The translations under genes and the position numbers were made by a program. The notes beneath the pieces were generated by a model. It ran no database searches. It was not told the DNA's origin and was given only the letters and a program-made list of their open reading frames with translations. This document shows, piece after piece, positions 15,428-28,887 of a stretch of 64,000 nt of DNA (within the stretch, counting starts at the first letter, position 1; every line of letters begins with the position of its first letter). The DNA is from Octopus sinensis (taxonomy: Eukaryota), in contig NC_043003.1 in NCBI RefSeq assembly GCF_006345805.1, forward strand, positions 40,734,001 through 40,798,000, written 5' to 3'.

Positions 15428-15735
15428 ATATAAAAAAATTATTTCGTGATGAGATAAAAAATACAAAGGCAGTGTAGATTTTAAAATATTTATAGATGTT
15501 TCCAGGATATTTCTATCTATCTATAAACGTTCTAAAAATACACACCCTTGGTTTTTTCTTATCTCATTTCGAAATAAATTTTTTATATACACACGCTGAC
15601 ATATGATCAACGTTGAACCCCTTATTCGCATAATCCCCGAATCTGGAATTTAACTGCGGTCCATCTATAGCACTTATTCAGCATTACTCGACACCTTTGG
15701 GTCTCAATGACACCATTACCTCTCATAACCTGTAT
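15428..15735 (+). mobile_element. PLE-like terminal remnant with a partial inverted duplication; same family as 57097-57470
   Basis: Imperfect inverted arms at about 15428-15470 and 15546-15588. 15610-15733 is homologous to 57350-57468 (...gacacctttggg...ctcataacctg). Confidence 0.5.
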
Positions 15736-15755
15736 ATAAATATATAAATAAATAC

Positions 15756-15839
<84 letters not shown>

Positions 15840-16304
15840 CATATGTATGTATTTATATATGTATGTATGTATTTCTATGCTTGGGTGACAAGCGTAATTT
15901 AGCAATTTTACAAACATAGAATTATAAAGTAAGTACTTGAATGAAGCAATTACTGGCGCTATGCGACCGGCTAATACAACCAAATAGGCGTTGAAGCATG
16001 GCCGCAGTCCAATAAATGAAACCTGTAAAACTGTAAACTCATATAATGCATCTATCTATCTATTTATCTATCTATCTATACATCACTTTATTGTAGGCAT
16101 TAAGAGCATCCTCTTATGGGCCCATAGCAACCTCGACATTTTTTCCCAGTGAAAGTCTTATCCAGAACACATTAGCTCATCACAACACATGTAATCATTT
16201 AGGGTGGTATAAATGGAATGTATGTACATACATGCATACATATATATATATATAATATATACATGTGTGTGTGTGGGGGGGATGTACTTATTCATACATA
16301 TATA

Positions 16305-16581
16305 TCACGTAATCGATCAATCTATGGGATTTTGTTATACATTGCTAGTCACAATGCGTTTGCCATCATGTTTCACTTTCGAATGATGTCACTATAATAG
16401 CTAGGCGAGCAGGCCAACATTCTCCCGGCTTGGAAAGCTAATCCCTCGCATGGTTACCCATTTACATCTGACTGGACTGGAAGCAACGTGAAATGAGGTG
16501 TCTTCCTCAAGAACACAACGCGCCGCTCGGTTCAGGATACGAACCCACGATCTAGTGATTGCGAACTCAGCACCATAACCA
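16305..16581 (-). mobile_element. tRNA-derived SINE (family C-related)
   Basis: caacgtgaaatgaggtgtcttcctcaagaacacaacgcg...gatacgaacccacgatc is the reverse complement of a SINE head plus CORE-like segment. Confidence 0.6.
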
Positions 16582-16645
16582 CTACACTGTATATATTCAA
16601 AGATTGGACAAAATAATTGGAACACATGTTAAATTCAATGAATAT

Positions 16646-17662
16646 CTATTCAATATGGAGCTGCTCCTCCTTTAGCTTTCTCAACAGCGTCGTGCGTCTA
16701 GGAATTGATTCATACAGGTTCCTGATTTCATTGAGAGTAATCTCAAACCATAATTCCTGCAAAACTCGCTCCAACTGTTGCAGACACGACAGTGGAGGGT
16801 AACGACTTCTAACTTGTCGCTCCAAGATGCACCACAGATGCTCAATAATATTAAGATCTGGAGATTGAAGTGGGCCACTCCGCGTGTTGTAGCTCACTAC
16901 TATGCCCTTCATGCCAATTCTTAACTACATGAGAAGCGTGTATTGTAATCTTGCAAGCTGCACTCACCACCAGGGAATAATGTCTGGAACCTGGGAAGTA
17001 TTTGATATTTCCAAGATATTCGGATAATAATTGCTGATGATTCGACTATGCAGGGCAACGATTGGACCAAAGGAATTCTAAGAAATGGTTGCCCAAACCA
17101 TCACAGGCCCTCCTCCATGCTTCATTGTAGGAAGTAGGCAGTCAAGATTAAAAGCTTCCCCAGGATATCTCCACACAGAAGCTCGCCCTACAGTGGTGAA
17201 AAGAGAAAAAACTGGACTTGTCGGAGAATATTATTTGCTTCCATTGATCTGTCGATCAGCGTTTGTGATCTCTACCCCAGTTTTCTGAATGTTTTGATGG
17301 GAAAGCAGAGGTTCCTTCTATAGTATCCAGCTTTATTGAGCTGACGGCAAACAGTTTTGGTCGAAACTAGGCTGGTCAGATGTTGATTCAATTCTGTAGT
17401 CATTTTAGGTGCAGTTGTCCGGTGATTTTTCGTTTTCCGAGTGCGAGTCAACACCCTTCGGTCTCTTTCAGTGAGCTTCGAAGTCCTGGCGGACAAACTC
17501 CTCCCGCTGGAGGTGTTGCCATGCTTCTCAAATTCATTCAGTCATGGTCCATGATATGGTATCTCTTAAAAAACCAACGAGTTCAGCTGTTCTGGTGTCG
17601 GAAGCTCCTGCCATTCGAGCTCCAACAGGTTGTCGTTTTTCGAACTCAGTGAGATTAGGCAT
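16646..17662 (-). pseudogene. Tc1-family (DD34E) transposase pseudogene
   Basis: ATG at 17662 gives MPNLTEFEKRQPVGARMAGAS; later frames give RTSKLTERDRRVL, FSD, QDxN and SPDLNIIEHLW. Multiple frameshifts. A TIR-like tacactg... lies at about 16582. Confidence 0.9.
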
Positions 17663-17733
17663 CTTAGCTTAATTTATACTGCGACCTGAAAAAGAGATAG
17701 AAACAATCATTAAATTAGATAAATAAAACCATC

Positions 17734-18850
17734 TACAATACCCTCCTAAAAAAGAAACAACACTCACAATGGAATTTGGGTTGACATTCATAATATAATG
17801 GCTCACTGAAATTTCTACTGTTCCAGTTATTATTCCTGTGTGTGCACATATTTATATTTAAGAAAGATAAAATGCTTGACTTGTCTGATTTCCAAAAAGG
17901 AGACGTTATTGGAGAGCGAATGGCTGGTGCTTCATTCCTCAAAACTGCCGAATTACTTCGAGAGGTACAGATTCTGAAATCATGTTGCCATTCAGAAACG
18001 AAGGTAGGAACAGCCCTGGCTAGTATAATTCTCGACGGAAGTCAAAGTTTACAGAGAGGGGCCGCGATATAAAGAAAATGTCGTGACTAAAATCCATCGA
18101 CCAGCGCCAGCACCAGTGACAGCAGGACTTAACTACCAATCTGTCAACCTTGTGTTAACCCAAACCGTTCACTCTTGAGCTCCATATAACTGGATAACAT
18201 GGGAGAAATGTAATTGTTAAATATCTACTCCTCAATCAGCGTTGATAAGCGGGAAAAATGGTGGCTATATCAAAACAAGTGTTCTATGGTTTTATGCAAT
18301 AATTTCATCACTAATAAATCCTCATTGACTGTGTTTCTATTTTGAAATGAATGTATACCTTGAGACAGCATAAGGTAAATTGAAGCTTGAGTATTTCGCC
18401 CCTATCATGATGCACGAATGTGGCCGAGTAATGATATGAAATTATACCATGAAAATCTCTTCGCTGTTTAATTTTTGTACATGGCGATGTTAATGTCGAG
18501 CATTATCTGAGTATTTTGATTGATCATCTGGTAGAAAATATTTTCCGTGATATCAATGCAGTCTTTCTCGATAGGAGTGCAGCCATCCAGGACGATAATA
18601 CGCCGATTTACGCAATTAATCTTATTCAAATTTAGTATGAAAAGCACAGACGTTAAGATGTTCACGTAAGTTGGCATGCACAATCACTAGATTTCTCTGA
18701 AATCGAACACTTATGATTAATTTTGAAGCAGCAAGTAAGGAGCTGCATCTCTCCGCCATTGACGTTTTAAAATCTACGGTAGATTTCACTTGAAGAAGAA
18801 TGGCTAAAAATACCCTAATTTCGGCTCAAAATCTGAATGAATTTAGATGT
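17734..18850 (+). mobile_element. Second, more degraded Tc1 element
   Basis: TIR-like tacaataccctcctaaaaaag at the start. ATG at 17872 gives MLDLSDFQKGDVIGERMAGASFLKTAELL; QDDNTPI at about 18587 and IEHL at about 18700. Confidence 0.8.
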
Positions 18851-19123
18851 CTTAACTGTCATAATATTTTATCTTTAAACATTCCTTAATTTTTCTTTCC
18901 TTTCAAATAACCTTAACACCTGCATTCATCTCCTATCACTTTCTAACTTCAATTTTTACTTTAACCATGAAATTTAGTTGTTAAATCCACGTTCTCACAC
19001 TCTATATCGCTGTTTAAATTCCTACTTTAATTCTTTAATCTAATCATCCTTGTGATCTTCGTCATATATATATATATATATATAGATAGATAAGAAAGTT
19101 TGTTTGGTAAAGCACGTGGGTGA

Positions 19124-19454
19124 ATATATAAGAAAATAGTAAAGTGTGAAAAAACGACAGAAAATATATATATTTGTGTCAAAATGTCTGGAGAATATTG
19201 GAAAAATTTTTTTCCTTTCCTTAAAATGACATAATTTAAAAAATTTTAAAGAAATTACCGGTTTCGCGTGTAGCTTTTCAAATTTCTTGTGACGTCACAA
19301 GAAATTTGAAAAGCTACACGCGAAACCGGTAATTTCTTTAAAATTTTTTTAAATTATGTCATTTTAAGGAAAGGAAAAAAATTTTTCAATATTCTCCAGA
19401 CATTTTGACACAAATATATATATTTTCTGTCGTTTTTTCACACTTTACTATTTT

Positions 19455-19463
<9 letters not shown>
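19124..19463. repeat. ~340-bp near-perfect palindrome with no spacer (PLE-like inverted terminus)
   Basis: The arms mirror around gtgac|gtcac (centre 19293/19294). (TA)n follows the right arm directly and lies ~40 bp left of the left arm. Confidence 0.95.
19299..19338 (+). ncRNA. Minimal type I hammerhead ribozyme, U3-A8 core variant (mirror copy 19249-19288 on minus)
   Basis: aagaaat TTGAAAA gc-tacac-gc GAAA ccgg TA atttctt: 7-bp stem I, 2-bp stem II, palindromic stem III and a GUA cleavage triplet. Confidence 0.65.
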
Positions 19464-19493
<30 letters not shown>

Positions 19494-19985
19494 ATTTAAT
19501 CATTTCTTTAATACTCTACGCACAGTTTTACCTTAAAACTGAACTATAATCAACTATTCTTACTGTATTTTATTCAATTGTATTCAACATAATTAAATGT
19601 TATTCCTTTTAAAATTGCATTTATATATGAAACATCATTCTTATCTTCTGTACCTTTATTTCTGTTCTTCATAACTTTTCTTACATCCTCTAATTATCTT
19701 TTTTTCTCAGTCTATATAACAGTTTTTATTACGGCTTTAATTCCTTATTTTTGTAATTAATATAATACATTTATCCCTTATAATACTTCAATTTTTATTA
19801 GTCGCATTCTTAACAACTGCACTTCTTGAACTTAAAACGTATGTGCCTCTACACTTATAATATCTTATCCATTTCCTTGCCGCTTCGTCTTCAATATTTC
19901 TGTCTCTCTTTTCCTCTCCCTCTACCCTCTCTGCACACACACACACACACACACCACACACACACACACACAACACACACACACA

Positions 19986-20042
<57 letters not shown>

Positions 20043-20951
20043 TACATTTCAATGCTAATTCAATCTGTATTGAACATTTACCCCATTCACCTTTTCCTGT
20101 CAATTCCCCTTTTTCTACTATAGATATTCTTTATATAATTCTTTACAATTTCATTTACCATCTCCAGTATAACATATTGCAATGGTTCCTGTCTTTTGCT
20201 TTGCCATCAATAGTCTTCATTCTCTGATCAAGTGAATTAGATTGTTTTTTTTTTCAGTTTGATATAAATTGATATTGATTTGAATGTTAATATATTTGTT
20301 CATGTTATAACTCTCCATCTTTATCCCGCTCATCAACGAGACACTCTTATGTGTATATTACTAAATTTATCTATCATTGACCGACTTGATAGTCTTCAAG
20401 TCTAACATGCATTGCCTTATGGTTAAGAAGACCGATTCGTTAAACCAATGTCACATAAACAGAAGCAGAAGGTGCAGGCTGTCCGTCTATCACCTTGCCA
20501 AAATACTATCAAGATTTCGACCATAGCATAAAACGCGCGCAGACCCACAAACACACTCGCCCCTGTCTCTCTCGCTCTATTTCTCTCCCACTCACAGATA
20601 CAGTGAATAGCTATAAACACGCCCAGATGTTTGCTCAATAAGAGAAGGCATATAAGCAGTCACACTAACGATAATACACATGTTCACGCACATATCTGAC
20701 TAAAAAAAAAAATATGTTTTAGTAAACTTAAACCCACCATGGAAATTGAAGAGGAGATTCAAATTTCGAAGACTTTTTTTCTCCTTAATTATAATTTATT
20801 GTTCATTCACACTCTTCGCTATAACCCAGGCAAATAACGTCTGTCATAAATCATTAAATAATACTGACTATCGCCTTTAGTAAATCTGAGAGACTGAAAC
20901 CGAATGCAAGCAAGTTGTTTGCATATGTATGCGTATTTATGTATACATACA

Positions 20952-21387
<436 letters not shown>

Positions 21388-21465
21388 ATATTTGACTATA
21401 AAATTGGATTTAATCCTAAATCTGATTTTTTCCCTGTAAATTTGGATTTATTCCCTAATATTTAT

Positions 21466-21514
<49 letters not shown>

Positions 21515-21728
21515 AGCAATAATAAATCTCTGAACGAGGTATAAACAGTAACTGCACGACAACGTGAGGTATATTTGCCATCTCAATATGGCTAACCACT
21601 AAGGGTGGGTGTTACTGTAGCTTGTAGCCCCAGGAGAACATCTCCTCCAGCTGGCTATAGGCACACTTTCTGTGGCCTATCGGTATTTACAAAGTGAGGC
21701 CATCCTTCCCTCGTCAACCTAAGTGATA

Positions 21729-21773
21729 CGCACGGACTGCAGTTTCTGGGTATTGACCCGTCATCAGCGTACG
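21729..21773 (-). ncRNA. Type I hammerhead ribozyme in a ~330-bp (TA)n-flanked island (21513-21842)
   Basis: Minus strand: cgtacg CTGATGA c-gggt-caat-accc-a GAAA ctgcag TC cgtgcg. GUC site and palindromic stem III. Confidence 0.8.
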
Positions 21774-22040
21774 ACAATCACCGGTTTTCGATGAAAAGAG
21801 TTCCCAATGCAAATATTAATATCCTTTTCCCAGTAACTTACATATATATATATATAATATGTATATATATATATATAAACAATTGTTTATATTCGCATAT
21901 TACTTGATGGATTTTTTCCCGGCATGCCCTATATCGCCGGGTATATTTTGCGTCTGCGCAGAGATTTGAAAAGTTAAGATCTGCTAGTTGTTGAGATCAA
22001 CACATGGTCTAACGCGCGGCGTATCTCGATTCAATTTAGG

Positions 22041-22122
22041 CGTCTCGCTGATGAAACCAGCCTTAGCAAACATATTCTGTGTTTTGCTAGAAAGAGGTAA
22101 AAACTGATATCAGTCCGAGATG
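22041..22122 (+). ncRNA. Hammerhead-like motif with extended stem II and a G12A lesion, in a ~340-bp (TA)n-flanked island (21878-22219)
   Basis: cgtctcg CTGATGA a-acc...ttagcaaa/tttgctag...ggt-a AAAA ctgatatcag TC cgagatg. Confidence 0.65.
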
Positions 22123-22218
22123 TAAAGTTATCGGTAAATGTTTTTTATTTTCACTCTCGATAAATTTATCTCCTTTTTGTGTTCCCAGCACTTGGCATCC
22201 TTATTTAGGAGCCCTTAG

Positions 22219-22276
<58 letters not shown>

Positions 22277-22278
22277 GT

Positions 22279-23640
22279 CATTGTTCAGTTTCATTTCAGG
22301 ATTCCTTGCCAATAGAGAAAGAGCCGGTTTCTAACCTAGATCCAAGGCTCCTTCAATGGAATTTCAAATTCAGCAACAGGGCAAGTTTACATGTATGTAT
22401 ATATCTATCTATATACGTACAGATTTATTTGCTTTGTTTTATGTATGCATTCTCTTGCATAAAGTTGCATATTTATTCATGCTCATATATATTTAAATGA
22501 TAAACTTTTGGAAAGATTTACAGATTTTTACAGTTCCAGTGATAGATTGGATCTGTAGTCTTCGAATCAGCTTTCTCCTTTGTGGTCTTGAGAAGCTTAA
22601 TTTCTCAAGATTGTTATTTAGGCAAGTGTTATAAATCACAGTGCCCCAATAATTACAGGTGTAAGCTTGAACTTGAAGTCTGGATAGAGCACCTTGATCA
22701 GATATGTATGTCGTTGTTCAGTTTTAACTGCAGATTGCGCAATAGCTCAGCGTCGATATTCTCTTTTTCACTGATCTTCAGATTTATGTTAACATCCGCA
22801 GGGCATTTAATTTCGACAACTGTACACAGTTTCTCTTCTCACTCCCAAATCATTTTATCAGGTTTGTTGTGCTTACATTTTTTTGAAGTCTTCACTGGGG
22901 CATGCCTCCAGTACTCCTATTTTTATGAGTGGTTATGGTTCTTATTTCTTTGTCCTCAGAGTCATCCTTCCGACAGATTTCACTAAAGAGTGTCCTAGCT
23001 AGAAAATTATGTCTCATCGGTAGATAAACCCTGATGGCATTTTCGGACAACTGCTTATTATGTGGGTGATAGGTTCGGTGTTAACTCCACAAAGTCTGCA
23101 TCGGTTGTCACATTTTACTGCTTTTCCTGCATATCTGTCCCTATTGTGAATCAGGTATTTGGTTGATACTTCCTGTTCCTGGACTTCAAATGCATACCCT
23201 TCAAAGTGAAAGGTAGTAAACCGGCTATTGGTCCATGATAAACTGCTTTGATGGTCGATGTTACTATCATCTCGGAGCTTTCTACAAAAATAGCTATGCA
23301 TATAGTTCTGCTTATATAGGTTCATCCTTTCGTCTGCTGATATGTTACGGTAGATTCATGCGATTTCTTTGGGTATATATTCTAGTTTATGAGACAAGGA
23401 ATGTTGCTCAAGGAGCTGCCTTCCAAATCTTACGATGTTATCAGCCTCATGTATGCAAACTTGGTCAAGACGTGCACTTCGACACTTGGTTGTTAAAAGG
23501 TGTTGTCGAAGGGATTTGATATGACATTCAACGGCATTTTGAATGGATATTAAGCCTCTGTCGCCTTGTTTTCGGTCTACGTCGCTGTTTATGTGGAAAT
23601 TATGTGTGCTTGTTAGGATTTTTCGGGATTTCACACCAAA
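22279..23640 (-). mobile_element. Degenerate RLE-type non-LTR retrotransposon fragment inserted in (CATA)n
   Basis: ORF 23014-23325 reads FEGYAFEVQEQEVSTKY...CRLCGVNTEPITHIISSCPKM, the CCHC finger that precedes the RLE domain. ORF 23356-23844 contains NFHINSDVDR...RGL, resembling the RT C-terminal region. (tatg)n on both sides. Confidence 0.8.
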
Positions 23641-23701
23641 GTATGTATGTATGTACGTACGTATGTATGTATGTATGTTTGTATGTATGTATGTATGTAT
23701 G

Positions 23702-23732
<31 letters not shown>

Positions 23733-25868
23733 TTATGTATGTATGTTTTGTATCTGTCTTCACACTGATTACAACTGATCCTGTTTTGTTTACCTTCACG
23801 TAACGTAGCGATTCGGGATAAGAGATCTTTACAGTTAGTACCATATATAAAGAGAAGATCTAGAGGAGTCAATACTAAGTCCGATAAGTAATAAAAGAAT
23901 ATAAGAATGTATTACTAAAATTATACTTTTACTGATAAGATAATTATATATTCATTATATATTTACTTCAAACTTTCAGTCCTCTACAGTCCTGAAATGA
24001 ATGATTGACTAAAAGGAATTCACTTATACTACACAGTTAACGTGGCATTATTATCAACATGTAATTCTTAAGTCTCTGAATTCAACTGACAGGATAATAT
24101 ATTGTCCACAGCTATGGACACACTTTTAATATTCTTAACGTTTCCCTTTATTACAATACTTTAGAATAAACCTGAAACTAAACTGTCAAACCTATTCTAT
24201 TCATATTTCAGATTTGCTAGCATTTATCGTGTGAATGTGAGGGCGCTGTTTCTCAATAAATAACCAAACTGTTCTCGAAACGAAGGCCACTTTATAATCT
24301 CTTTGCAAGGTAAAGAACAAGGTATGAAACAGAACGCAGCTGACAGCACGTTATGCCGCCTTGATACACCGCCATTTGACCATTGCTTCTTTGACTAACA
24401 AGTAAATCCGTTGGAAAGTTCTGCGCTTGAATATATGAATAGAAACTACTAGACAGATCTTCCACCAGCTGAGTATTGGTACGACGCTGCACCTTTTATA
24501 TACAATGAATATAACATGGAAGGAGTAACATGGAATAGCCACTTTGATGTGGAAATTGACTTTACTTGTTAGTATAGTTATTATTCTTATCTCTTCTTGA
24601 GATTTTACGACTAGCCATTTTGCTTGTTGCAAATCAGTGACCGATGGTCGCTTTGTTTACGTTATTTTGCTGGTAGGAGCAAACCCTGGCTATTGCTCTG
24701 GTGATCCAGGTGCTCGCGATTGAGGTTAGGCCAACCAGCTCGAAACTGAGTTAATCTCGCGATCCTGTTGTCTGCTAGAGGATCGTAGGAGTTCCTCCCC
24801 TGCTAGCAGTATATATTCTATTTAAAGGTTGCAGCGTCTCACCGATAACCAGCTTCCAAAAGATCTTCCGGGTATTAAACAATATGGAACAGTCACTTCG
24901 ATGTGGCGATTGGCTTTACCGGCTAGCCCCGTGCCGTAAAAAATGACGGCTAATTGTAGAATTTCATATATAAATATGGAGGGTAAACGAAATTATTACA
25001 CCTGTCAATATTCATATACACCACGTACATCCCTTGTACACGCACACATATACACATATATACTCACACAGAATTGAAGCTTTTGAAGCTTTTGAACTTT
25101 TCGTAACGTTTCAAACTTTCTGCTTACCCTTCTTTTTTTGTACTTTCTGCTTACCCCTCTTTCCGACATTCGCCATGATAGATCACTAGCCACTACACGT
25201 TCTTTATTTTCTCTCCTTGTTTCTTTCTGTGTTCCTTTTTGTGGAAGAGCGTAGACGCGAAACGTTAAAGACTTTTTTCACTTTCCAGAGCGTCATACTA
25301 ATACATCTGTTTGTTGTCTACACCACCTGTCTTCATCTTTTTTCTTTTTGTGAATTCTCCCTATATATATTTATGTATGTATGTATGTATGTATGTAGGT
25401 ATGTATGTATGTATTATGTATGCATATATACTCGTTTGCTACGCATTTCGAAACACTCTCTGTCTCCGAAGTGAGTCATTTACGTTCCATGTTGAAACAA
25501 AACAGGATCTTAACATATTGTTTGCGCACAGACATATTTTTCCCTCTCTCTATATATATTTCCATTTATTTATGCATGTATATTTCATATATCAAGCTCA
25601 AACGGGTTTATTGGTTTATTTGCATCGTTATCTTTATATGTATGTAGATGTTTCTATGTGTGTATGTTTGTATGAGTAAGTGAGTGTTTGTTATGCATGC
25701 CCATGCTTTATTTTTTTTGTATAACTGAGTGTGTATGCGCATATGTTTACGTATATGTCTAACTCTGCCTTTGAAAATGAGCAGAGTTTTTAAGTCTAGA
25801 ATACTCAAATCACACATGAATTGTATTTTCGCGCGCGCGTACATATACGCATATAGACACACACATAT

Positions 25869-25906
<38 letters not shown>

Positions 25907-26074
25907 ATATTTATATATATTTATATATACACATAGATATATATTATATATATATATGTATAGCTATATATATATGTGTGCTTATATATATATAATACAT
26001 ACATACATACACACATGCATATATATATATAATATATATATATATATATGTATAGCTATATATATATGTGTGCT

Positions 26075-26106
<32 letters not shown>

Positions 26107-26195
26107 ATATACTGCAAGTGAGTCGTGTGAGTCAATGTGATGAGTACGTGTGTATGCATATATGTGTCTTTTGCTTAATAATATATGTGGCTTCG

Positions 26196-26288
26196 CTTCC
26201 GGGCAAACTAATTTTCTAAGGCTATAGAGCTTGTTCAGACAACTACATCAATCGCCATATTTGGACACTAATGTTTCACAACCGGAAG
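26196..26288. promoter_or_regulatory. Candidate SRE-like cis-element cluster (CArG box with ETS sites and overlapping YY1 site)
   Basis: CCATATTTGG at 26255-26264 fits CC(A/T)6GG and overlaps CGCCATATT. cttccgg at 26196 and accggaag at 26281 flank it, all in non-repetitive sequence. Confidence 0.3.
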
Positions 26289-27559
26289 CCGAAGGCGCTG
26301 GCTGTCTATCGAGCGCCTTGGCAAAACCTCAAGTAGACTTGGACCTTAAAACAAAACACGCACACACACGGGCGTACACACATACACACACATATGAATA
26401 GAAACTCAGACTTAAGTAAACAGTCATAAGCACACCCAAATGTTTCTGAAATGACAGAAAACACACAATTTGCACACTCAAATAATAAAGCACACACACA
26501 CACACACACACTTGCGCGCGCGCACGTAAACCGCTAAAAGATATATACTTAAATAAACGTAAACACACCGAGCAACACGTTGAAAATGAGATTCAAATGT
26601 AGAGGCAGTTTCTCCCTCTTTGATACCAATAAACAAACATACAGATACAAAAGATACAGTCGTTACACACGTACGCACCTTCCACCGCATTTGCAAACAC
26701 ACGAATTCACATTTATTCACAAGTAGAAAATAATAATAGGTTACATTATGTAGATTTTTACATACACATATACAGACCCGCGCATTCATATATTCATTAA
26801 TAAATATTAGACCTTCATACGTACACAACCAGCTAGATTTAAACACACAACACATAATTGCCGCAAACACTTATTGCAGCGAAAAAAAGAATAAAAAATA
26901 AATCTTTGTTAATTGCAATCAACGTTGAGGGAATTATTTGCTTAAGTAAATTACTAGTGTTTAATTGCGAAAAACATGAAACATGACACCCCAGGAGCTC
27001 GGCGCCGACACACAGATATGAAGGCATGGAATCATTTCTTTTATGCTAACCTTGCTTTCTAATATTTTTGTTCCCGTGTTAATGTTTCTTTGTGCTTCGG
27101 TTAATGTGTTAATGGCTGAGAGGGGGCGTGTGTGAAACGCTTTTGCTTGGGTGTGAATGCTTGTGAAATTAAACAATTTGCTTATGCCACTTTCGTGCTC
27201 TTTTTGATGAGTTAGTGTCGTCGTCTTGGCTGAAAGTATACAACTCCGGATTTCCCGTTATTTCTGCTATGGGAAGGACGATTTTGTATCACAGGTAACT
27301 ATAAACCACAATGAACCCTACGACCAAACACGAAAAGTAAGAATAAAAAAGTAGTATAAACTAAATCCGGGATTTGATATATATATATATACACATACAA
27401 CACACACACACACACCCCCACACCCACCCACACACACCACACACACACACACCACACATATATATATATTATATATATATATATATATATACATACACAC
27501 ATATATATGTATACATAAATATACAAAATACACACATATTACATAAGTTTATATATGTT

Positions 27560-27624
<65 letters not shown>

Positions 27625-27778
27625 ACTATATGTATTCATTTAGGTATAAGTTTGTGAGTGTGTTTGTATTCCCTCTTTTAAGTTTGTTATTATTTATATA
27701 TATATATATATATATAATATATATATATATTATATATATATAGATATATATATATATATATAGATAGATAGATAGAAT

Positions 27779-27824
<46 letters not shown>

Positions 27825-28284
27825 CAGACAGATACATAAATAGGATAGATAGATATACCAACACCCATACATCATGAATAACAAGCCGAAAGTTGGAGTA
27901 CTAGATACTCCAGTACTAAACATAATGAATAGCCTCCCTAAAGTGTTTTAAATCAAACTACCTGAACAGTAAATTTTATGTTGGCGATGAGCATCGTTTA
28001 CAAATTGGTCAACAAGGAAGAGGATGTTTTTCTACATACTACTATTTTTCTCTTCCTTTCACTGTTCTCCCTTACCAATTCTTTGATATTCTGTCTTATT
28101 TTTAATAGTCTGTCTATCTCTATCTTATATGTATTGGGTTGAGTGTATACATAGTATATATATATATATATATCTATATATATATATATATTATTATATA
28201 TATATATATATATATATGTGGTGTGTTGTGTGTATGTGTGTATATAATATATATATATATATATTGTGTGTGTGGTGTGTAGTG

Positions 28285-28315
<31 letters not shown>

Positions 28316-28354
28316 ATGTATGTATGTATGTATTATGTATATATATAATATATA

Positions 28355-28409
<55 letters not shown>

Positions 28410-28630
28410 TAAATACTAAATTCTAAATCTCTCGTAGAGACATGTACGGTGGTGGGGCGATAGAATGGTTGTATACTGTCAATCTAACACGAACGTGACA
28501 GTAGGGGGTACACCACCGCTGTTTAGCCCTAGGAAGCATCGACGCCTCCTGATGGCTTTGACACATTTTTTCTGTGTCCTTATATACATTTGCGAAGGGA
28601 GGACAAATACACCCAGCCGCCCGGGCTGCA

Positions 28631-28675
28631 TCTAGGGACACGTGTTTCAGGATGATTGTCCTTCGTCGGCCTAGA
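28631..28675 (-). ncRNA. Type I hammerhead ribozyme, U4C core variant
   Basis: Minus strand: tctagg CCGACGA agga-caatca-tcct GAAA cacgtg TC cctaga. All three stems pair; GUC site. Confidence 0.8.
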
Positions 28676-28823
28676 GTAGCAGACACCGGTCAGCTGACGG
28701 GTTTCAACGCGCCAAAGTACAGGCATTTGAAAGATATATTCAAATGTAATAGGCTGAACTCCATGCACGCGATATTTCGGTATCGTGTTTGCATCTAGTT
28801 CAGCAAATTACATTTATAACGGA

Positions 28824-28887
28824 CCATGCTGATGATGGCTGCAGTTTTCCTTGCGGAAAATAACAGCTGAAACTAATTAGTACATGG
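28824..28887 (+). ncRNA. Type I hammerhead ribozyme with extended stem II
   Basis: ccatg CTGATGA t-ggctg-cag-ttttcc-ttgc-ggaaaa-taa-cagct GAAA ctaattag TA catgg. Confidence 0.75.

Noticed and set aside
25236-25272. gtggaagagcgtagacgcgaaacgttaaag, hammerhead-like
   Set aside because: The core does not fit positions 3-9 and stem I is unconvincing. It may be a decayed PLE end but cannot be called a ribozyme.
28688-28710. Possible third hammerhead half (GAAA cccg TC on minus)
   Set aside because: No matching CTGANGA-like core or stem I upstream.
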